DNA from: the human T2T-CHM13v2.0 reference genome, Homo sapiens
Assembly (NCBI RefSeq): GCF_009914755.1
Contig: NC_060927.1
DNA: 64,000 nt
Reading direction: 5' to 3' (one strand)
The notes beneath the pieces are model-generated. The model was not told the origin of the DNA and did no database searches. It saw nothing but the letters and a program-made list of their open reading frames with translations. Positions 39,451-52,778 of this stretch are shown here, piece after piece. Position numbers and translations under genes: made by a program. Within the stretch, counting starts at the first letter, position 1. Every line of letters begins with the position of its first letter.

Positions 39451-42151
39451 TACATGTTCACACGTACATGTTTATAGTAGAATTTAGCAGGGTATGAATA
39501 ATCTTGCTAATGTAAAGTGAGCTTTCTTCCTGGTTTATATACAAATGAAAACTAAGAAAGCATTTGTATGTGCTGTTTAATATTTATGGCACATCTTTTT
39601 CCCTAAAGTGTTAGGCACTTTCGTTGTAATTATTTAGAAAATTGTCTGCTGATAAATTGTCCTAAATTATATCCCAATATAGATGAATAAATTTAGACCT
39701 TATTAGGTCGATGTAATCTAGTTGGAAATGTAGCCTTACAGCAAATGCCAGACCATAATGTGCTGATATAGTTTTACTATTAAACGTTTCCATTTAGTAC
39801 ACAGTATCACTCAGTCATCAAATTTTTATTTAGAACTTTCAGAGGGATATAAAGGAAGCATCAGGCAGCTGCTGCCCTGAGCCACAAACTATCAGCAATG
39901 AAACATTCATTCTTTAATTCCTTCAACCTTAATTTGAGTATCCAGGCACTGCGGATATGAGCATACATGTGTTGAATAATATATAAATAAATAAAGTGTA
40001 AAATTTATTGTGATTGTGTTTGACAGCAGATATCGGAGAAAATTGCTGGATGAGCCAAGGACCCCAAGGGCGTAGCAGGATTTAGGGAGGAGAAGTATGG
40101 GTTAAAGTTTTCGCAAAGAATTTCCAAGTTTCGTAGAACTATTAATAGTTCATAAAAGATAAGAACAAGTAGGGGATAAAGGAAGATCTGAGGGGATTCT
40201 AAGTGAGGGGAGATGGGGAGCAGAGGCAAGGAGGAAATAGGAAACATACAGAAGGCTGCCCCAGGAGGGGCATATGCTAAATAAACCCAGTTACGTGCAT
40301 GCTTGCTCACTGAATAAGATAACACACCTCAGGACCTGGGCCTAAGGTACAGTCTTCTCTCTGCCTCTAACCAGCCAACTCTGATATTGTGCAGGTCACT
40401 TCATTTCTCTGCAACTTTATTAAAGAACTCAAAAATCTATCTAGTATCAGGAAATTCTGCAAAGTCTAATTTGTGCATCTCCTTCTGTACCCACTCAGCC
40501 TGTCCCCATTGCCTGTCTCATCCAGCCAAGGCCTTTGCCAGCTTTGGAAGTCTCTGTGTCTGCTCCAGAAAGCTGGGGTCCTTGTGGCCTCATGTGAAAT
40601 ATTTCCCATGCCTTCTTGCATTTTCTTTATTTCTTGGAGCTCTCTAGCCTATAAATGTGGTCTGCCTCTAGAATTGTCATCTGGGCTGGCATTTCTAGAG
40701 AACTCTTTCATTCTATCCTTCAGTCACCTTCTATGTTCATATTAATCGGTTCTCACAATAGTTCTTCCATTACATGTTCTCTTGATTTAATATGATAACA
40801 GACTTCATCTGGGTAAAGCAAAACTGATGTTTCCTTACAGTAACTCTAAGGGATTGTATTCTTTAATTGTGGTAGAGTTTTGTTTTGTGCTTGTTTGCAT
40901 CTGATACAGGCTTAAATAAAGGACAGTGCCTGGAGCTTGGAAACAATTTGATTCCTTCACCCAACAAACATTCAAACTGTATGTGATCTGGGCCCCCTGC
41001 TGAGAACACTGTTCTCTACTCCAGGACTCCCACTCTAGGAGGGGAAACAGGCCCTGCAGCATAAGAAAACACTAAGGGACATTGTGGGGAGCCGTGTTTG
41101 CCTTTAATTGTAATAGAATTTGTGGCAATGGGATTATTTATCATGAAAAAAATTATATGTAATATAATAAATAAGTTCTGTGTAATAGTGGTTGTTAAAT
41201 GACTCTGAAAATCTCTCGTTGGCTGAATGGATTCCATGCAGTTCTTCCTGACCCCTAGTCGCTACCAGTGCCTTCCCCCTACCCCCCACCAAGCAGCTCT
41301 TTTCAGTTTGTGTTTTATATTAACTGTCCTTATAAGAATTACTGTTTAAAAAGGCTATCCATTGATATTTTAAAGTTTGGAAACTATACTATAGAAGATG
41401 CTTCATCATAGACTCCTGGACTCTCTTGAGAAGCTGCATTTTGGGATCTTGTGAGCAGAGGATTTTCCTTCTCAAGAAGCTGCTCTGAGATGGGACCCCT
41501 CTCCTTGGAATATTTAGAACAGTTTCCAGCATAGAATTTACAGCTTTCCCTTCTCAGAAAAACAGTATTGGAATTTTGCCTCAAGTTGATTATTAACACA
41601 ACATGACAGAAAGACAGGTTCTCTGAATATATTTTCACCTCCAACTTTTTTTAAAAAGTGAAGTGTAAGGTAGAAACCAGAATAGGAAATAGGTGAGGCA
41701 GGTGTTGAGGGCCATTTCCAGAAAGGATTACTTAATAGTAGTAGGAGTTTTCTAATCCAAAACCAGGTCCTGGAGAAGTTGAGGAATTGGTGGAAGGCTG
41801 CAGTTTCAAGAGCTGGAGAACTGGTTAGCGGGAAGAAGCCTACAGCGGAGGAAGGATCAGCAGAGATGGAATGGGAAAGGGGGCCAGGGTTTCCCTTCCT
41901 CAGGATAGTGGAGTCTCCATCAGCATCTGTTCCTGGGGCCTCTCCTGGATTCCAGGAGTTGTGCTTCGCTGGGCCCTGGGGGAAACAGAGAAGAAAGTTG
42001 AGTTTGCCTGAGTAAGCCAAGTGAAAAGCCCACAGGATAGCTGGAGAAGGGAACTGGCTAGAAGGTCAGGAGCCCAGAGAGCTAATTTTAAAGGATAGGG
42101 AATTATGGAAGCCCTGGGGATGTTTTCTTCTCTTAGTCTCTGATGGGGGCT

Positions 42152-42320
42152 TGTATTTGCTTCCTATATATGCTATAAAAAACCACCACAAACTCAGTGG
42201 CTTTTAAAACAATACAAATTTATTCTCTTGCAGTTCTAGAGGGTGGAAATAAAAAAAAAACAGTCTCAATGGGTTAAAGTCAAGATATTGTCAGGACTGG
42301 TTCCTTCTGGAGGCTCTGAA
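42152..42320 (-). mobile_element. MLT1 (C/D-type) LTR fragment, 3' part only
   Basis: tgtatttgcttcct...accacaaactcagtggctt...aaatttattctcttgcagttct...ggttccttctggaggctct. Confidence 0.8.
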
Positions 42321-43637
42321 ATTGTTCAGAGGAACAATTGCTAGATGAAGGCAGGGATTCGCGATCTCCACTTGAAGCCTTTGAGGATATGCTCAGATAC
42401 TTTGTCTTGAGGGCAGAACCAGCCTGGACTGTTGCCGGAGGTGAGATCCCCAGACCTTCCTTTCAGCAGATGGAATGTGCCCTGGTGTGCACCAGGTCTT
42501 GGTGAGACTGAGCACTGTTGGGGCAGCCTCTCCAGAGTTGACTTGTCTGGTGCTGGAAGCAGGAATGTGAGCTGCTGCGACTGCATTAGGAGGAAACAGT
42601 TCTCCTCCTTTTAATTGGCAGCTTTGGTAGTTCTGTAGCTTTACTGCACCACAGATCAGCTGTGTTTCCCCAGGCCACCATCTGCCCTGATGGTTTAACA
42701 TCAGGGTGGGAGGCTGCAGAGGCCCTGCCAGGTGCCCTAAGGGAGGCATGTGAGAGTTTCCTGCTCTTCCTCACTTGAGCCTACAGATGGTAAAGAGCCA
42801 GGCACTAATGATATTTTCAGTCTGCGAACATCCTTCTAAAAAGTAGGATTTTCAAAAAGTGACCTTTTGTTAGGGAAGAACAGTGTCTGGCTTAAGCGCA
42901 TACTTCCACCTTCACCCATAGTAGTGCTTTCAGTAGCTCTAGGGGATGTAATGTGGATGCATTTCACTTGCTGTATAGCATGAGGCAAATGGCTTGGTCT
43001 GATTTGCTCACTCAGGTCTAAGAGGATCTAATAATTCATCCCAGTTCTGGTTCTTCCCTGCTCTCAAACCACCTGTGAGACCTGCTTCCCCTGTACTCCT
43101 CAGCCCTATGGGCCAGGGTCCAGCCCATCCCAAGCCCTTTCTATCACCTGTAGGTTTGAACCCGGGTCTTTTGGGCCTCTGTGAGCCTCAATAGGTCAGC
43201 GCATTCATGACAAGGGAGAGAAAGAGGGGAGTCCAGAGAGGAAAAGCAGAGAAACAGTCCTCCCCTGCCTCTGCCCATGACAGTTTTCCTAGTACTTTCT
43301 TATGCATCGTTTTATCTTTTCCTCACATCTTCTGGCAGCGGGCAGCACAGGGCCATTTTCCCCCCAGATAACAGAGTCTAGCTTCTGACTGGCTAAATGA
43401 CTTGCCAGAGGAAAAGGATGTTGGAGACTGGATGGTGTCCCAGATCTTTCCACTGCCCCATCTAAAGAGCAGGCCTTGGCTGTGCCTGGCTGGCCTTCAC
43501 AGCAGCGGCCCCTGTCTCCTCCACAGTCAGGACAAGGAGCCAAAGGATGTAAGGGACAAGTGTCTGCTCTGCCAGACTTGTTCGACCCATGTCATAGCCA
43601 TCTTCAACTTTAGAGACTGTATTGCAGGTCGTCGGAG

Positions 43638-43760
43638 GTGTATCTGTCTCCTCCCACTAGTTTGAGAGTTCCCTGAGGACAGGAACAGTTCCTTTTTCCT
43701 TATGTAACTGTTTTTTTCTCCCAGTACCTAGTTCAGCACCTGGAAGATGGTCGATATAAG
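43638..43760 (+). mobile_element. L2 3' end
   Basis: tctgtctcctcccactag...ctgaggacagga...ccagtacctag. Confidence 0.6.
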
Positions 43761-43775
43761 AAACAACCCTAACTA

Positions 43776-43776
<1 letters not shown>

Positions 43777-43817
<41 letters not shown>
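43777..43817. repeat. (CA)n microsatellite, about 20 units
   Basis: Uninterrupted CA run followed by a degenerate tail. Confidence 0.97.
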
Positions 43818-43823
<6 letters not shown>

Positions 43824-44124
43824 AAACACAAACAGTATATGCAGCTTTTGTGCTGATATTGAACTATTATGACTCTTTGAGGTCTATGAGGCTTCATCCC
43901 TGTGGTAAGGGGCCAGACCACCTGTAAGGAAGTGGTGTTCCCACTGCTGGTCATCCTGGGGCAAGGCTGGAGAACTGTTTCTTCTCTTGGTTCCTGTTGT
44001 CTTGGGCCTTGCCTCTGCAGAATAAGATGCACTTGAAGACTTTTTCCCAGGTCATGGGGAATGAAGACTTCTCCTTGCAGGGAGGAGGAATAACTGGGAC
44101 AGCCCCCAAAGAGTACCCACATAG

Positions 44125-44475
<351 letters not shown>

Positions 44476-47004
44476 TTACTCTCTGAGTTGGACTCCTGAA
44501 TGCTGTCCTCGAACAGAAGGCTTGCAGTGCTGTGGAGTATGAAGGCAGGGCCTGTCCCAAGACTGAGCCTGTGTGACCTGGGAAGCAGTACGCTGAGGCC
44601 CCCAATTGAGGGACAGGAGTGACCAGTAAGATTCCTAATGGGAAGATAGATGTCAGGACAACAATTGGGCCAGGATCTCCTATTGCTCCACTCCATGGGG
44701 AGATTCTCCCTTCTCAGCTCAGAGTGTCTTTTTATTAAAGCAGCTAGCAGGCTTCCTTACATTAGATGCCAGATAAGTCTTTACTAAACAGACCACCATT
44801 CTTTTTCCTTGCAAATGTGGCTCTGTTGAGGTATGGATTAAATCAGCCCTTATGGGCTAGCATGGGCACTTTGTCACTCCTTATTACATGATATTTGTGG
44901 GAAATAGCATTCCAGGTTCCAAACAAGGGATTGGCAAGGGAAGCTTGGGAACACAGCTGAGTCACCAACAAGGGCCTTGCCACTCCTGGTCTGAAGCACT
45001 AAGTGTGTTTCTGTGTGAGGGCTACCTTCAAGGCTGCAGTCCAGCACAGGCTCAGAGCCCACAGGCTTGGCATTCTGGCCTGTGGATGTTTGACAAGCAG
45101 GGCAGTGTTTCCACTGGGGACAGTAAGGGGTGAGTTCACCAAGCTTCCTTCACTACCCTGTGTTACCTTATCTTGTGTAACATGACAAGAACCCAGTCTG
45201 AGCCATGTAGAGCTACCGAGGGGCTGTAAGCAGGAAGGGGGCCTAACCACATCTGCATTTCAGAAAAGATCGTTCTAGGGGAGGAGAAACCTGTAATCAG
45301 ACTGTTGCAAAGGTTCTGTGGAGGGAGGGACAGTGGCGTGGGACAGGATGACTGCTGAGCATATGGGGAGAAGAGCCTGGGCCTGGCAGCTGGCTGGCTG
45401 TAGGAGATGCAGGAGGAAAAGCTGAGGGTGGTATCCACATTTCTGGTGTTCTTGGAGTGACATTGAAGTAGTCAGCTGGAGAGAGGAGCCTTGAGCTCTT
45501 CTTTTGGGAAAACCTGAAAATGCTGTGAAGACTTCCACAGAACTGCCATCCCAACTGATAGTTCAAATGCGTTCTTAAAATATCTGATCTTGGCAGAGTG
45601 GAACTCTGTGTAGGAAGAATCACATGGTACTTCTTATTCCATGTTCAGTCCCCAGCGTGTGGTGTCTATTTTGAAATATGTGGTTTATGCAATTTTATCA
45701 AGAGAGGTTTCTTAGGGTCATTTGTTAATATTTTTCCATTTATAAAGTTATTATATACCCTATAAAATTCCAGGTTAAGGAACAAATAACTTTAGAGCAT
45801 TTCTTAAACATATCTTATAAAGCCGTATACTGTTGTGGGAATTCAAATTGTACAGCTAAAAACTATAGGCTGTCGGCAATGACATTTTAACGTGCATATT
45901 TCCATCTGAATGATTAACTGTCAGTTGATACAAAGAAGCTTTCTAAGTATTCCTTGCTTTTCTCTGTTTTTTTTTTTTAATGAAACAACACACTTATAAA
46001 CCAATGCAAAATTCACACAGTATTAAATCACTCATTTAGGCTATCAGAGCCATGATAGCAGGAAGGGAACAACACAAACATACAATTGGATGACATCTTC
46101 ACAATTAATCCCAAAACATCTGTGAGTATGCATGAGAGCTGATGCCTGTTTGAAGCAGAATGTTGCAAGCAGAAACTCTTCTATTTTACTCTTCTCATTA
46201 AAACAAAACGAAACAGAGAAGAGTTTCTATGTTTGAAAACTGGGAGTGAGGACAACAGGCCTCTTGCCGTATGGCATTCAACCCGGTCCAAGGTGAGAGT
46301 TTCTTCGTCCTAAAACTCTTGAGATAAGAATTCCGTTTATGATGATTCAAACTAAGGCTGTTAACATTATTCGGCCTAAAGAGAGAAGAGTATTGTGTGT
46401 CCTGTTTATATGATGAAAATAAATTTTTCTAGGGCTGCCATTTGCTTTTCTCTTCATTATGGTTACTGTCCCACAATTGGAAGACTTTTTTTTTTATCCA
46501 CGTGTACAAGGAAATCGAAGGGTTATGAAGTCCAGAGTTGATATTTGAGAAACTGAAAAACAATGATGTGTGATAAAAATGCCAAAAGCTTTTACTTTTA
46601 CTGGGAGACTTCCTTGTTTTATAATTGCCAGCTTTTCCAACAATGGTGTACAAGAGGGCACCCTAAGAAATTATCTTTGTGAGGAACATGTAAAATGTCC
46701 TGAGGTCCATATTGATCTTCCTTCCTCCACAACGAGAAAATAACAAAAGTAAATATTTGGGACCACGTTTATTTTGGTAAGATAAGTTCCAGTCTGGTTT
46801 CTAAAATTAGGGATTCTGTGGAATGCACGTGGTTTGGGGCATCCTGCCGGAGAACTTTGTCTCAGGGATATGTAGTTTCTTATGTGTTGTTGCTTGCTTG
46901 GAAATGTGCATCTAAACCTTCCCTCACGTCTGCTCATCTGTGCAGACCCAGTGCCGATGGTAGGAAAGCTCTACCCAGCTAATTTTGGTAGGCTCTCGCT
47001 GTCC

Positions 47005-47460
47005 TGCCCTCACCAGCATGACCTCTCCTTAGATGCTGCTCTGAGCCTGCTGTCTGTCCTTCATACACCACCAGACAGGTCTTCCAAGAGCACAGCTCTC
47101 ATCCTGTCCCTGTTTCTCCTCAAAGCATTCACTGACCACCCCCTCCCTCAACTGCTTTCAGGCTAGAGGCCCTTCCCCACTCTGGTCTCACCTAGTGGTA
47201 CATCCTCTGCCACCAGCCAAACTGTCCTCCTTATTGCCTCCTGTAACTTTCCATTTCTCCCTCATAAACATCCTTCCCTGTCCCCTCTGTCCATCCTTCC
47301 TTGCTCAGTTGTAGTTGCCCCCATCCTCTCTCCCCACAACAGAAGTCTGCCCTGCCCAGGGAAGCCTTGTTTGACCCCTCTGAATATTTGCCTGCACCAT
47401 CCATCACTGTCTCTTTCCCTCAATGTCTAGTGCAAAGGAGGTACTCAGGAGACATTTCTG
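47005..47460 (+). mobile_element. L2 fragment
   Basis: Pyrimidine-rich, with gggaagccttgtttgacccc and caatgtctagtgcaaaggaggtactca. Confidence 0.5.
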
Positions 47461-47708
47461 TGTAGCCCTCCCTTTTGGCATCAGGTTTCCCCCTTCTAGA
47501 AGCTGTTCTTTTCCTGTAAAAGGCATACCCTCCAAGCATTGGTTCCTGGGCTTGTCTTTCTCCTCTACCCGGACTCATTGAGCTTTCTGTAGAATGTAGC
47601 AGTGGCAGCAGCTACCCTTCTCCTCCCACTGGGGCTTGTTGGAGGCTGTGGGGCCTGCATTCACAGGGCCTTGCCTTCACCTATCATCTTGGGTAGAATA
47701 GGAACAAG

Positions 47709-47859
47709 CAGGGCTGTCTTCCTGGGCTTGCAACGTATGCCCTGCAGAGGCCTCAAACTTGTTTTAATACTCTGCTGTTACCATCCTGACCTTCTTACTT
47801 TTTGAACAAAGGCCCTGCATTTTGAACAAAGGGGCTCACAAAGTATATACCCAAACCTG
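47709..47859. mobile_element. MER45A-like hAT-Tip100 MITE
   Basis: cagggctgtcttcctgggc...tttaatactctgctgttaccatcctga...tttgaacaaaggccctgcattt...cctg; internal ttttgaacaaagg is duplicated. Confidence 0.7.
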
Positions 47860-48007
47860 GGAACAGAGCAGATAAGCAGAAGGGATGCTTGTTGGGGTAC
47901 ATGTGGAAGCCAGTGGAGGGTGTGTGACAGAGAATGGGAAAAGGAGGAATGGAAGAGATGCACTAGTTGTGAAGCACTTTTCTCGCACGGGTGACAGTTC
48001 TCCAGTA

Positions 48008-48038
48008 CACACAGACACACACACACACACACACACAC
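48008..48038. repeat. (CA)n microsatellite
   Basis: CA run with one interruption. Confidence 0.95.
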
Positions 48039-48040
48039 CA

Positions 48041-48248
48041 CTCTTTAACCTCTTCCCTGCTTTGCTTTGATCCACAATACTTAACACTGTGTGACGTACT
48101 CTATATTTTACATGTTTATTTATTGTGTCTCTCTTCCCGCTGGAATCTAAGCTCAATAAGGGCAGGAATTTTTTAAGTTTTGTTCACTTATCTATTCCAC
48201 AGTAGCTGACATATAGTAAATGCCAAATAAGCAAGTGTTGGATGAATT
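48041..48248 (+). mobile_element. L2a 3' end
   Basis: tttattgtgtctctcttcccgctggaatctaagctc...agggcaggaa...ttgttcact. Confidence 0.8.
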
Positions 48249-49074
48249 CACTACCCTTTAGGGGCTGGCATTCCTGCTACATGGGGTGATCTGTGGTAGC
48301 TGGGGAGAGGTCTGTGAGGCCATGGGAAAGTCACAGAGGAGATGGCAGGCCAGCTGACAAAGGGAAATTAAAAGGTACCACACAATTAAGTGGGGCAAAT
48401 ACTAGCAGAGCCCAAGTGAGCAGAGCAGCAGGAGCTAGTCAGAGATCTTCATCAAAGCCATGCCAGGGAACTGAGGGCAACAGCTAAGGTAGATGGTAAG
48501 ATCGTAGGTTTCCAGCCCACATGAGAAACACCGTTATTTTTTTCATTCCTGCCCCAACCATGGGCCATGGGTCAGTGCTAGCAAATAAATTACTTATTAA
48601 GGAATTATTTTTCTTTTTGGCCTAGGTGATGTCAGTCCTTTGAAAAGGATTATTGAGGACTCTTGAGGCATTCTTGGAGGTGATTATTCCTTTATTCAGT
48701 TGTGAACCAGTTTTTGGTGTCAGTGGTTTGAGAGCAGACTGTAGATATGGTTACATTTTCATTGCAAAACTAATGTGGAATATTCTGGATGAACTGGCTT
48801 ACTACTTTAACAAATCATTCTAATTAAACATCATGGGAAGAAGTTTGATACAATTATGGCAGATTTTAGAGGAATTGTATCACTGAATTGTGGCTTTTGT
48901 CCATAGATAAGTATAAGAAGCAAATGCATTTATTATCTGGAGGAGGCTTGCAGTGTTCAGTGTTAGGCAATAGTGATAGTGAGCCAGGAGTGAACAAGCT
49001 CCTCCACTTGGGTCACTCACAGTCCAGAGCGGGTGGGAAAGATATCCCACAGGACGATGATCATAATGACAGAA

Positions 49075-49755
49075 GGCAGAAAACTATAAGCTTTGCAGTC
49101 CAACAAACCTGAGTTCAAATTCCAGTTCTACTACTTAGTGCATCATTGGGCGAAGTCTGGGTACTTCACTTCTTGGTCACATCTTGGCCAGTAAAATGGG
49201 GGTAATGGTACAGGCTGAGTATCCCTAATCCAAAGTCCAATTACTCTAAAATCCAAATCTTTTTGAATGCTGATATGAAGCCACAAGTGGAAAATTCCAC
49301 ACCTGACCTCATGATGGGCATTTGTAACCATTGAAGAATAGAAAAAATAAAAATTAAAAATGGGCAAAGGGCTTGAATAGATATTTCTCCAAAGACATAC
49401 AGGTGACCAACAGGTATATGAAAAGGTGCTCAAAGATGGTGGGTCAAAGTCAAAACTTTGTTTCATGCACAAAATCATTAAACATATTGTGTAAAATTAC
49501 CTTCAGGCTATGTGTTTAAGGTATATATGAAATATAAATGAATTTTATGTTTAGATTTGGGTCCTATCCCCCAGATAACTCATTATGTATGTGCAAATAT
49601 TCCAAAATCCGAAAAAATTTGAACACCAAAACACTTCTGGTCCCAAGCATTTTGGATAAGGGATCTTCAGGGTACCATGTGTGGTGAAGATTGCATAAGG
49701 TTGGCATGTGAGCCACTGGCATGAGTACAGCAGGCATTCCGTCAGCAGTAATTGT
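49075..49755 (+). mobile_element. MIR, interrupted by Tigger4b
   Basis: acctgagttcaaattccagttctactactt...gtaaaatgggggtaatggta; resumes after about 49674 with gtggtgaagatt. Confidence 0.65.
49211..49672. mobile_element. Tigger4b (Zombi) TcMar transposon carrying a 122-bp L1-derived insert
   Basis: TA|caggctgagtatccctaatcc...ccacaagtggaaaattccacacctgacctcatg...acttctggtcccaagcattttggataagggat...|TA. Confidence 0.88.
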
Positions 49756-49805
49756 GGCTTCTCCCAAGGCCAGTCTTTTTTTGTTTAATTGTGGTTAAAA
49801 GAAAA

Positions 49806-49807
<2 letters not shown>

Positions 49808-49880
<73 letters not shown>
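49808..49880. repeat. Compound (TG)n(TA)n microsatellite
   Basis: About 17 TG units followed by about 14 TA units, within the L1 3' end. Confidence 0.97.
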
Positions 49881-49885
<5 letters not shown>

Positions 49886-51951
49886 AAATCTACCCTCTTA
49901 AGTTTTTAAGTGAACAGTACAGTCTTATCTATATTGTACATTGTTGTACAGCAAATCTCTAGAATTTTTTTATTTCATTGACTGAAACTCTAGACTCATT
50001 GAACAGTAACTCCTCATTTCCCCCTCCTCCCAGCCCTTGGCAGCCACCATTCTACTTTATGCTTCTGTGAGTTTGCCTGCATTAAATACCTCATGTAAGT
50101 GGAATCATACAGTATTTGTCCTGTGACTGGCTTATTTCTCTTTGTATAATATCCTTTATCTATGCTGTGGCACATGTCACAATTTCCTTCCTTTTTAAGG
50201 CTGAATAATATTCCTCCATCTATGCTGTGGCACGTGTCAAAATTTATTTCCTTTTTGAGGCTGAATAATATTCCATTGTATGCATGGACCACTTTTTCTT
50301 TATCCATTCATCCGTTAATGGACGTTTCAGTTGTTTATTGTAAATAGTGCTGCAGTGAACATGGAGTACAAATAGGTCTTCAGGATTCTGTTTTCAGTTA
50401 TTTTGCATAAATACCTAGAAGTGGAATTGCTGGATTACATGGTAGTTCTACTTTTAACTTTTTGCAGAAACTCCATACTGTTTTCCACAGCAGCTATACC
50501 ATTTTACATTTTCACTAACAATGCACAAGCATTTCAGTTCCTCCACATCCTAGGCAAAACTTATTTTTCTTTTTCTGTTTTTGATGGTGGCCAGCCTAAT
50601 AGGTGTGAAGTGATATCCCATTGTGGTTTTGAATTGCATTTCCCTGATGGTCAGTGATGTCGTGCACCTTCTTATATACCTGTTGACCACTTGTATGTCT
50701 TTAGAGAAATATCTATGCCAGTCCTTTGCCCATGTTTTATTTTTTCTGTACTTCAGTGGTTGCAAATGACCGTTTTTTAATCAGGTTATTTGGGTTGTGG
50801 TTTGGTTTTTGTTGTCGTTCTGCATTGTAAGGGTTCTTTATATTTTTTTGGATACTCTTTTATTGGATATATTGTTTGCATATACTTTCTCCCATGCTTT
50901 AGGTTGCCTTTTCACTGTGCTGTTTCTTTTGCTGCATAGAAGCTATTTAGTTTGATGTAGTGCCACTTGTCTATTTTTGCCTTCATTACCTGTGGTTTTA
51001 GTGTCATATCCAAGAAATCATTGCTAAGACCAATGTTATGAAGTTTTTCCCCTGTGTTTTCTTCTGGGCTTTTTATAGTTTCAGGTCTTATGCTGAAGTC
51101 TTTAATCCATTTTGAGTTGACTTTTGTGTAGGGCATAAAATAAAGGTCCAACTTCATTCTTTTGCATGTGGATATCATTTTGCCAGCACCATGTCTTGAA
51201 AAGACTATCCTTTCCCCATTGTGCAGTCTTGGCATCCTTGTCAAAGATCATTTGACCGTACATGCATAGGTTTATTTCTGCACTCTCTATTCTGTTCCAT
51301 TGGTCTATGTGTCTGTCTTTATGCCAGTACCATACTATTTTAATTACCATAGCTTTGTAATTTGTTTTGAAGTCAGGAAGTGTGAGGCCTCCAGCTTTGT
51401 TGTTCTTTATCATGATTGTTTTGGCTATTAAGGGTCTTTTGTGGCTCCATATGAATTTTAGGATTGTTTTTCCTGTTTCTGCAACAAAAACAAAAGCCGT
51501 TTGGATTTTGATAGGGATTGCATTGAATCTGTAGATTGCTTTGGGTAATACAGACATTTTTACAATATTAGGTCTTCCACTCCATGAACACAGATGTCTT
51601 TCCATTTATTAGATCTTCTTTAGTTTCTTCCAGCAATGTTTCGTAGTTTTCAGTGTACACATTTTTCACCCCCTTAGTTAAGTTTATTCCTAAGTATTTT
51701 ATTCTTTTTAATGCTATTGTAAATGAGATTGTTTTCTTAATTTCCTTTTTGGTTTATTCATTGTCAGTGTATAGAAGCAGATCTGTCTTTTGCATGTTGA
51801 TTTTTGTCTTGCAACTTGGCTGAATTCATTGATTAGTTCTAACAGCTTTTCTGTGGACTCTTTAGGGTTTCTACATATAAGATCATGTCGCTGTGATATT
51901 TTTACTTCTTCCTTTCTGATTTGTATACCTTTTATATCTTTTTCCTGTCTA

Positions 51952-52379
<428 letters not shown>

Positions 52380-52423
52380 TCATGGTCAGAAAAGATACTT
52401 GGTATGATTTCAGTCTTTTAAAA

Positions 52424-52778
52424 TTTTAATTTTTATTTTAAATTTATTTTTAGATACAGGGTTTCACTCTGTCACCCAGGCTGGAGTGCAGCAGTGTAAT
52501 CATAGTTCACAGCACCCTCAGCCTCCCAGGCTCAGGCAGTCCTCATGCCTCCAGCCTCCCAACTAGCTGGGACTACAGGAGCACACCACCATGCCCAGCT
52601 AATTTTTTCTTTTCCTTTTTCTTTATTATTATGATTATTATTACTACTACTACTACTATTATTATTGAGATGAGGTCTTGCTGTGTTTCCCAGGCTTGGT
52701 CTCGAACTCTGGGCCTCAAGCAATCCTCTCACTTCAGCCTCCCAAAAAGTTGGGATTACAGGCATGAGCCACCACACT
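52424..52778 (-). mobile_element. AluJ with (TTA/CTA)n expansion in the linker
   Basis: Antisense Alu; the linker is expanded to ttattattatgattattattactactactactactattattatt. Confidence 0.9.

Noticed and set aside
41538-42020. 160-aa minus-strand ORF and overlapping 78-aa plus-strand ORF in unique DNA
   Set aside because: No recognisable domain and no convincing exon structure; length is within chance for 64 kb over six frames.
46339-46560. Two ATGATGA C-box-like motifs suggesting a C/D snoRNA
   Set aside because: No CTGA D box at a typical distance with a terminal stem.
45967-46600. T12 run read as the poly(A) tail of a minus-strand processed pseudogene
   Set aside because: No TSD and no recognisable parent coding sequence; the ATTAAA merges with the A run itself.
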